The notes under the pieces are model-generated. The model was not told the origin of the DNA and searched no databases. It saw nothing but the letters and a program-made list of their open reading frames with translations. Made by a program: the position numbers and the translations under genes. Of a stretch of DNA of 64,000 nt, positions 54,401-63,400 are shown piece by piece. Position 1 is the first letter of the stretch. Each line of letters opens with the position of its first letter. Source of the DNA: Candidatus Danuiimicrobium aquiferis (lineage in GTDB: Bacteria; Omnitrophota; Omnitrophia; Omnitrophales; Danuiimicrobiaceae). The DNA lies in assembly GCA_001804285.1 (NCBI GenBank), contig MHFR01000068.1:103230-167229 (forward strand). Direction: 5' to 3'.

Positions 54401-57400
54401 TTTTCGCATGAAGGGTTGGCGCAGCCTTCGATGTACAATGCGGCGAACAATGCTTTGGATCTCCGGGTGAAAAACATAGCGCGCATGAAAGAGCTTCTGC
54501 ATGCGATTCCTCAGGATGAAATTGATGAGAAGGAACTGGAAATTCTTCTCCAGGTTTACATTGCGTCTGTCTCGACGATCTTCGGGGTGGCGTTTGGAAA
54601 AGCCTGGGACCGGGAAGATTTCGATCAACTAAAAGTACTGCTTGACGGCAAAGGGATTATTTCACGAAAAGTACTGGATCAGCTTGGTGCGGAGGGAAAT
54701 GTCCGGCCTGTCAAAGAAGCGATCCCGATCGCCGCGCTCAATGAAAGGTCCTTTGAATTTTCGCTTTCCTATTTCTTTCCCGAATTATCACCCGAACGCG
54801 TTTTGCATCTCGCGGTTTTGGGTTACGAGCTTTTTGATCGCATTGCCCGGGAAAACGTGATCGCCAACCGCACGTATGATGCCTGGCTGCTATTGAATAT
54901 GGTTTCAAGCCGTTCCTTTGATTCAAACAAAAATGTGAGAAATCACAGGGGGCTGATTAACAACCGTTTTCACACCGCGCCGATGGTTAAGGCGCTTGAT
55001 GATCTTCACGCCTGGCTGAAAAAACAAAATATAGATACCTCAACGGTAACGTATCCATTTTCCGGAACGGATTTGACCACAGCGCTTTTACTGACGGATG
55101 CATCAACTATCAGAATGTATGATGCGCTTCCGTTTGGAATGGATATGAATCCGCGTGACTATGAAGCCTATAAAATTTCCTATGTCGCGCATAAAGCGGC
55201 AAGCGGAATTATTCTCGACAATGTGGCGAGCGCGATCGGACACGCAAAAACGCCGCTCTTATGGGAGCTCGAGGCGATCGGGGCAAAAGACATTAAGATC
55301 GAGTTGGACGATGAAGACGTGAATATGTACCGCATTCATTTCAAATGGGCCTACGACAAAGATTCCCCTCTCAAGGAGCGGGTAATTGAATACCGGGAAT
55401 GGATTTTTGAAGAGCAGGAAGACTTTGACGGGGCCGTGGATCCGAAACGCGATACCGTTTATTTGCATAAAGGAACGATGGCAAGCGGGATTTATAGTTC
55501 CAAACTTCCGAACGTGATTATTTCTTTCGGCGGTGAGACCGTCAAGGGTTATCAAAAGATTCCGGTAAAGCGGATTATCCAAATTCCGGACCCGAAAAAG
55601 TTGGCGCCTGCCCACACATTCCGGTATCCCCAAATTTCGGAAGCGGCTGTGCTTATCAAATCAAAAGTTCCCCTTGAGCTTGCTTTACGCCCGGAAGAGG
55701 AAGAGGGAATTCAACCGCTGACAGCCGAGGAAAAGGACGCGATCCAAAAAAGCATTTCAATTTCTAACGGTGTCGCTGAGGTTTTGCGGGAAGACAAAGG
55801 AAGTATTTTGTTAACGGGTGAAACCGATTCGGCCCATCTTTTTGGAAAACGCCTGCAGTATCGCCAGATACCGGATGATTTAAAAGTTTCTGCGGTTCCG
55901 GCCGAATTGTACAAAGGCAAAAATGTTTTGGTGGTGCCCGGATATGGAAATCTTCCGTTCACATTAAAAGAATTGGGCGCCAGAAGTGTTGTAGCCATAG
56001 ATAAAGATCCGGGTGTTATAGCGTGGCAGCGAGCCAAACAGATTTACGCGGGCGATCCTTCAGTCCAAGCGATGAACCGCGATGAGGCCAAAGATCCGAA
56101 TGAATCACTGGAACGGCTTCACGAACTGGTCATGACGGACGCTGAGCCGATTGAGCCTGTGGACGGAATCCGTTTTGCAGCTGCTGATCTGACAGAAAGA
56201 CTACCGATTGAAGACGACAGCATGGATTTGATTGTCGTTCCTTATTTGTTTGGATTTGAGCGCGGGATTACGACGGTGGATGGTTTCGAACGCGGCCTTG
56301 CCGAAATTTTGCGCGTCGCGAAGCCGGATGCTACGATTATCATTTTGCCTTCCGGACTTTCAGACGAAGCGCAGTATGTGAAGGGAAGTAAACTTCCTGA
56401 ATTTTGTCGCTGGCTTCGGGCACAGCAGGGATTAGTCATTCAGGAAAGCGCGCCAATCCCGCTCTATAATTATTTAGATGATCCGGCACGGCAGACTACG
56501 CCGCCGCTCGGCCATTACGCGGCGATTTCCAATCAAGGGCCTTCTATTTTTTATGGAGACACCTACGGAAAGTTAACGCCTTCTGCAGGATCCTTTTTCA
56601 GGTCATTAAATCAGGAAATCGGCGGCTATCACAGCAAATTTCCGCAATATTACCGTGACCACATTGCAAACAGCCATGGTCAGATTCTGAAAGGTGCGGA
56701 AGGCTTGTCAGGGATGGCTGTGGTGCTGGGCCTCGGGAATGGAATCGATATTCCGTTGAAATTGTTGGCAAAGCAGTTTGACCGCGTCATTGTAATTGAT
56801 TTAGACGCGGAAACGGTGAAACAGACCGTGGCGAAATTGGACGAAAATCTGCGGCGCAAAATCGAAATCAGGGTGGACGACCTTTCCGGGATTCTGCCGG
56901 AATTCTCGCACGAGGTGGATAAAATTGTAGCAGAGGCTCCGAGTCCGGAGTCGGCGAGGGAACGCATTCTATCGTTGGCGAAATCGATAGAAATCAGGAA
57001 GAACGCTCTGGCGGGCGTTAAAGCATCTTATGTTACGTCGTCTGTTGTTCTTTCACAGCTTATTTTTACTGCGCATCAATATGCGGTGGATCAAATGCGA
57101 AAGCGGTTTAGCGTTGATGAATCGTTTCTGACCAGCTTTCTGGATTATCGAAAAGCATTCTTGTATGACTTAATGGTCAAGGTGGCGTCTCATTATTTGA
57201 GCAGCATTCATGGAACTGTTCAGCCTTCCGGACGTGTTTATTTTGCGGACGGGCTTCACGAAACACCCGTTGAGGAAAATGCTATAGGCGTCAGGCGCGG
57301 GCTTGCTCAGCCTGAGCCAAAGATTCCGGTTACGGTTTTTGAACTGATCGAACAATGGTTTACAAGGGACATTGCTCAGCACACGTATTGGGTGTGGGAC

Positions 57401-60400
57401 AATAAACCGCCTAAAGTAACCCAAGATCACAAGGGCTCTGTTTTGCAGGAAGTAAGCGATATCCTTTTGCCGAAACCCGCGGGCAGAACACAAACGACAT
57501 TGATCTATTCGCCTCCGGGGGGTGTTGATCGCAGCAGTGATCCCGCTTGGCAGAGTCTTAAGAAGAAAGCTGATTTGTATATTCATCTTTGGGACGAGCC
57601 GCTGGTCAAGAAATTTCAGCGTTTGAAACCGGAGCGTCTTGCGCCGACGGGCCGGAATTATTCTCATCATGACTATTCGCCCAATGTTTTTGGGGCGGAA
57701 GAAGAGAGAATCCATAAAGAGGCCATCCGGTATACGGAGAAAGGCGTGACTTTTTCAGAGGATTTTCAAGGCTCGGCCTTTGTTCTCATGGAACCGGGCG
57801 AAAATGATGTGATAGCGACGGCCATTGAACAGCCCGGTTTTGATGATCCTGAGATTGCTTTTATCGGAGAGAAAAACGGAAAATTAGTTGTCGGCGGAAC
57901 GCAATATTTTAATCCATTGTACTACCGGTACGATGACTTTCTGAAATTTCTATTAACAATGATTCAGGATCAGGGGATCCAATTGAAAGGACTCATGATC
58001 GGACATGAGGATTCGCCGAAACAGGATAACGCTGCCCGGCATTTTGTTGAAGAAGTGACTCGAATGGGAATTCCAACTGTCAGTTTTCCGCCCAGAAAAG
58101 AACCCGGTACGATTTTAGTGACGAAAGAGGGGATTGCGCGGCTTCACTTCAAAAAACGGGAGCATGCCCAGACTGTGCGAGGACCGAAAGCGGATCAAAG
58201 CGATGCTCGTTTGGAATTAGAGGTGGATCGATCGGCTACGGATCTCCGTTTGTGGAAAGATTTATTTCCTGAAGAGAAGACTTCTGACACACAACCGGTG
58301 AAACGTGACGTCTCGGGCGATGATTTGGTCAGAAAACGTTATTTGGAACTTCTCGATGACATGGAAAAAAGATTAGCTGAGCCGGTTGAATCTGAGAAGA
58401 CGTTACAGGCGCGGCTGGTCCGGGATGAAAATGAATTATCGCTTCGCGTGACCTATCAAAGAGAAGATCGCGTGTCTCATGTCGTTGTACGGTTTGATCG
58501 GCAGAAAGAGAAGGCGGAGGTGCGCGGATTTGCGGAATTGGTCGGTGAAGAGGACGTGACAGCCGCCGGAGTTAGAGGACGCATTGGCGTTCCGCTCGGT
58601 GAAGTGGATATTTTAGCGGCACGATACCGATTTGAGGGGGAAGTATCCCTGAGTGAAAGTGAAAGCAATTTTCGTAAGGGTTTAATGGACATCCTTCGGG
58701 CTGCAAGAGTAAAGGTGCTGGCGCATCTCTATCCGGAATTATCCCGCCCGCAGGATCGAACGGTAAAAGACAGTTCAGAACAGCCGAGATATCCTGTGCC
58801 TGGGAAAGAAGAAATCATCGAATTTTATGAAAAGCATGGCGATGATGGTTTTATCTATTTACCAAACGGTGCAAAGGTTCCGGTCGGAATTTATCAGCTG
58901 GATGACAAGACGCTGACGTGGTACCGGGGTTTGATTAATGAGTTCGGAAGGAATCTTAAAATTCTTTCCTTGGGTTCCGGCCGCGGAAAATTGGAATCAT
59001 TGCTCAAAGAAGACGGTCATCAAGTGACGGCCGTCGATTTAAGTCCTAAGAATGCGAGATACGCCGAAAAAGTGGGAGTTGAAACCGTCCTTGCCGATGC
59101 ACATCACCTGTCGCTTCCCGAAAAGGATTATGATTTGGTGATCGTTGTGGATTCTCTTGGTCAAATGGATCCGCCCGTCATTTTCCAACGGGCCAAAGAG
59201 CATCTCAAGGCCGGCGGATGGCTCTTTGTGACGATGGTGAGAACGGAAGCGAAACAGACACGGGAGGGATACGAAGTGACCAAATATATTCTCTACCCCC
59301 GGGGGTATCTCAATCATGAACTCACGAAAGCCGGTTTTGCCCCGACGTCAGAAGGGATGCTTCCGACGTTTGGTGATCCGCGCGGAATTACGTTTGAGTA
59401 TCACAATGCCGTGTATCAGCCTGCCCGTTCCGAAGCGCGGGCGCTTAAGCCGTTTTCCAACCTTTTTTGGTGGAGGAGTGAAAGCAATAAAAGGTTGAGA
59501 GAAGTGAAACATCAATGGAGTCGCCTTGAGCGGTTACTTATCAAGAAAGGAGCTAAACTTCAGGTTCAATTGGCGAGTTTTTGGCATGAAGAAGGCGAGC
59601 ATACGGATTTGCCGGATATGGATGTTTTGGCAGTGAAAAGTCTTTACAGCGGAACTGCTTTTGCGAGCTTTGAACTGCCGCAAGGCGCAATTACACATTT
59701 TTTGAAGGACGAAGAAACCTCGCTTGTCGCGAGGGGAAATCCGTTTTGGGCAAAATTTATGAGAGTCGCGAATGAAACTGTTTCTGAAAAAATGTTTGGG
59801 GTTGACGATTTTCGGGAAGCGTGGCGGACATTGAGAAGGTTGCGGCTCGAATATCGAAGGAAGGAAAAAAAGGAGCCGGTGCCTTTTAAAGTCAATCTTG
59901 CCGATCCGGTCATTTCCTACCGGAGTCTTGGTGTCGAATCAGATGGTTCAATTCGTCGCGATGATTTATTTGATTACTTAAAGCTCTCCGATAAACAAAG
60001 AGAGGAATTGGCCAGATATAAGATCGTCGAGATTTCTTCCGAGCAAAATCCGTCGGGCCGGGGAAAACTGATTTTATATTATCCCGTTAGCGCGGAAACG
60101 AAGAAATTAATCGAGAGGATCAAATCGCGATATAAAGAAGATTTGCGACAGCTTGGTTTTGCGGGCGGAGAAGCGGCGGATGAATTTATTCTTGAGCAAT
60201 TTCTTACGCCGGTGTTGATTGCTTTACGGGATGTGGTTCAAGTCCGCAAGCTTGCGGATGTGATTGCGCGGTATTTAAATGAACAAGGCAGTTCGAAAAT
60301 GCCGAAGGAGATGAAGGTCGTTCATGTCGGCGGGCTTTATCATTATCGAAGCTTGCAGAAAATTCTGGAGGCAACGGGGCTTTTCGAAGACGGATTGGTT

Positions 60401-63400
60401 TTTGAATTACTTGATCCTATTTTTGAATCGCGCGAACATATTCCGGATTCTGAAAAAGGAGTGCAGTTTTTTGCGGATCGAATTCCGGACTTAATTGATC
60501 ATACGTCATCAAATGGCAGTGAAATCCTTTTTGGCGATGCGTATTTTCTCAAGTTGTTCGGCGACTTCCTTAGAGAAACGGATTTTTGGTATTATCTGGG
60601 CGTTCTCAATCTGAAAGATAAACAATACGCGGCCTCCGTGAAAGCATTTGAAAAAGCGTTAGAACTTCACCCCGACGATCCGAGGATCCGGCAAGTGACG
60701 AAGACCTTCAAAAGGGCTGCTCCTGCATTCCACAACCTCGCGTTTATCGAACAAAGCCGGAAAGATTTCATCTTAGCGGCCGGTCATTATCGAACAGCCG
60801 TGGCTTTAGATCCTTCTTTGTTTCACGCATGGTTTAATCTGGGCAGAAGTTTGGGAAAATTAGAAAGGTTTCTCGATGCTGCGGAAGCGTTTCAGAATGG
60901 GTTGCGAGCTCTCAATGATCGCGAAAAAGAAGATCAAAAATTAGCAAGAGACTTTTGGGAACATCTTGCGGATGCCTATTCCCGGGCCGGAAAAGTGAAA
61001 GCAAAGGATTACATTTTAAATGAAGTACTCCGAAAGAGAACGCAACTTCCCACTAAACAAGAGTTGTCAGTCTTGTTTGAGAAATTAAATACTGTCGGCG
61101 AAAAACGTGCCGAAGTGCGTCACAATGAAAATAATGCCGAAGGGATCATTGACCAAAACGCACGAGTGTCCTCGATACGCTCCAAAGGGCCTGTATCGAG
61201 GGCCGAAGTGCGTTCGCACGCTCCTTATATTCCTATTTTTTCTACACGAACTGAAATTGCCCGTGCTCATGCTGTGATTAAACGGAGTACGGCCCGGAAT
61301 AAAAAAGTAAAAGAATCGAAAGCGATGATGGTATTGCTGCCGACAAAAGACGGGGGTGATAAGCTTCCTCTTTGGTTTGAAAGAACGATGGCGGATTTGA
61401 ATAAATTAAAAGGCTACCATATTGAATTGATGATTGCGTCGAACGGGTCCAGTCCCACGGATAACGCTCATGAAGTGATTAAAAATATAGCAGCGCAATA
61501 TATTCCCGAAGGAATTCCTGTTACATATATCCATATCGAACCGGACGTTGGCAAAAACGCCACTATTAATGTTCTGTATGAAGAAGCGTTAAAACGTTAT
61601 CAGGAAATTAAAGCGGAAAAACAAGCAGCAAAAAGTAAAAAGGGAACTTCTGATTTCAAAATGTTTCTTCATTTCCTTGATGACGATGTTTATTTTGGTC
61701 AAGACACCGAGTCGCAAATCGGAAAGAATATCAAACTTTTGGAGGATCCTGAATTCGCGCAGAAACGTACTGGTGTTGTTCCGAAGATTGTTAGTACAAC
61801 GCCTGTTTCACCGGTTATTCGCGGTGGGTGGAGTTTGTTGGACACTTGGAAATATTATTTTCAGCGCATGACGAATATCCGGAAGCAAGCTTTGGGCATT
61901 CCGCTTGTGCAAATTTACGGGCAATCATACACTATTGATATCGAAGATTTTCCCAAGAGCGGTATTCCTGACGTGCTGAGTTATGAAGACGCTTATTTAT
62001 CGGCGTTCTTTTATCCACATATGGTGACCAATCCTGATGCTACTCATGAACACGCTGAGCCTGCGACATGGGGCGTTTTTATGTCCCGTTATTTGAGGGA
62101 CGTCCGTCATCGTGCCGAATTAGGAAAGTTTTTTAGTTATGATCCGGCATTGAAAGAAAATTTTGACCGGTTTATCGAAGAGAGAAGAAAAAGCCATCGT
62201 GTACTGACCGAGGCATTAAAGCAGAAATTTCAGTTTTCTCCGATTGATCGAATGTTACTCAAGCTGAATTTGGGGTTGAAACATAGGCTTGACAAAATTT
62301 ATGCACAAGGGAAGGCGGAAAAATATTTGGAGCAAGAAGGGCCAATGATCAGAGGGACGAATGTGGGCAATGTGGACTTGATTAGCGTGAATCCAAAAAC
62401 CTATGGAATTGCCACGAAAGAAGGTGTGATTTATACGGAGCCCGAGCAGTTATGGAATACGGTTGTCGCGATGGGGCTTGATACGGATTTGAACAGACGT
62501 CTAAACATGGGCGAAGTTTTGAAAACGATTGCCGACAACCGAAATTTAAGCGAGGAAGATAAAGTTCATTTGAAGCAAACATTGGAAGAAATTTGGCAAA
62601 GCTTTGGAAGAACACCCGCGGAGGAATTGACAATTGAGGAATTTGCCGTATTTCTTAATGATCAGCGAAACCTTGGTCCGGGAGCACGGTTTCTTACCGA
62701 ATATTTAATTAATCAAAAATTATTTTTGCTTTATCATGCCAGCCATCAACGTGATGATTGGTTGCTTGCCTATTCTGCCATGATTAAATTGATCGGTTTT
62801 ATCCGTGAAGAGGCAACGATTGAAGATTTGCGTGAATTGCTTCGGATTGCAAGAAAATCAAATATTCCGATCGCATATAGATTATTGGCAGAAGTGATGG
62901 ATCGGGTCATGCAATTGGAGGAACCTATCGAAATAGCGGGACAATCTTATCGAGTCATGGAAAAAATAGAAGGCGGATTTGTGCTGGCCGATGGTGATCC
63001 TCAAAAGTTTGAGCCGACTAGGTATTATGTGGCGAGTCATATTGTTCCTGCTGAACATGCCCGGTTACAGCGGATGAGCGAATTGGAGCCCGTTCATTTT
63101 GTAAAACCCATTGTTTATGATGAAGTACTCCGAATTCAGGTGGCAGACAGAGTGAACGGTCAGGGGTTTAATGATTATGTGAATCGCTGGCACCGCGTAT
63201 GCAGCTGGCTGGAAATTGCTATTCAGATCACCAAATCGGCAATCGCTATGCATCAGCAAGGATATGTTCATGGTGATCTCGCGCGGCCGTATGGTGTTGT
63301 TACTTTGGATCCGGAGCAATCGGATCAAGTGGTGTTGACAAATACCGGTCTGGCCGAATGGGCCGGGCATTTATCCGAGCGGGCGGATGTTTATGGAATT

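Noticed and set aside
51130-57715. Minus-strand ORFs of 146-190 aa (51130..51630, 51395..51808, 53716..54156, 54056..54628, 57170..57715).
   Set aside because: They are antisense shadows of the giant + strand ORF. They have low-complexity, basic composition and there is no upstream promoter context.
37281-61202. Reading the recurring palindromic repeats as a CRISPR array.
   Set aside because: There are at least three different repeat types and they are irregularly spaced, with gaps from hundreds of nt to several kb. They lie inside an open reading frame, and no cas genes are present.
37329-61871. The many 60-95 aa + strand ORFs in the track inside 36419-64000 (for example 37329..37583, 38064..38267, 43470..43688, 45402..45674, 52218..52505, 61677..61871).
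   Set aside because: All of them start at positions congruent to 0 or 1 mod 3, which means they are off-frame relative to the continuous frame-2 giant ORF. They are overlapping-frame artefacts and not separate genes.
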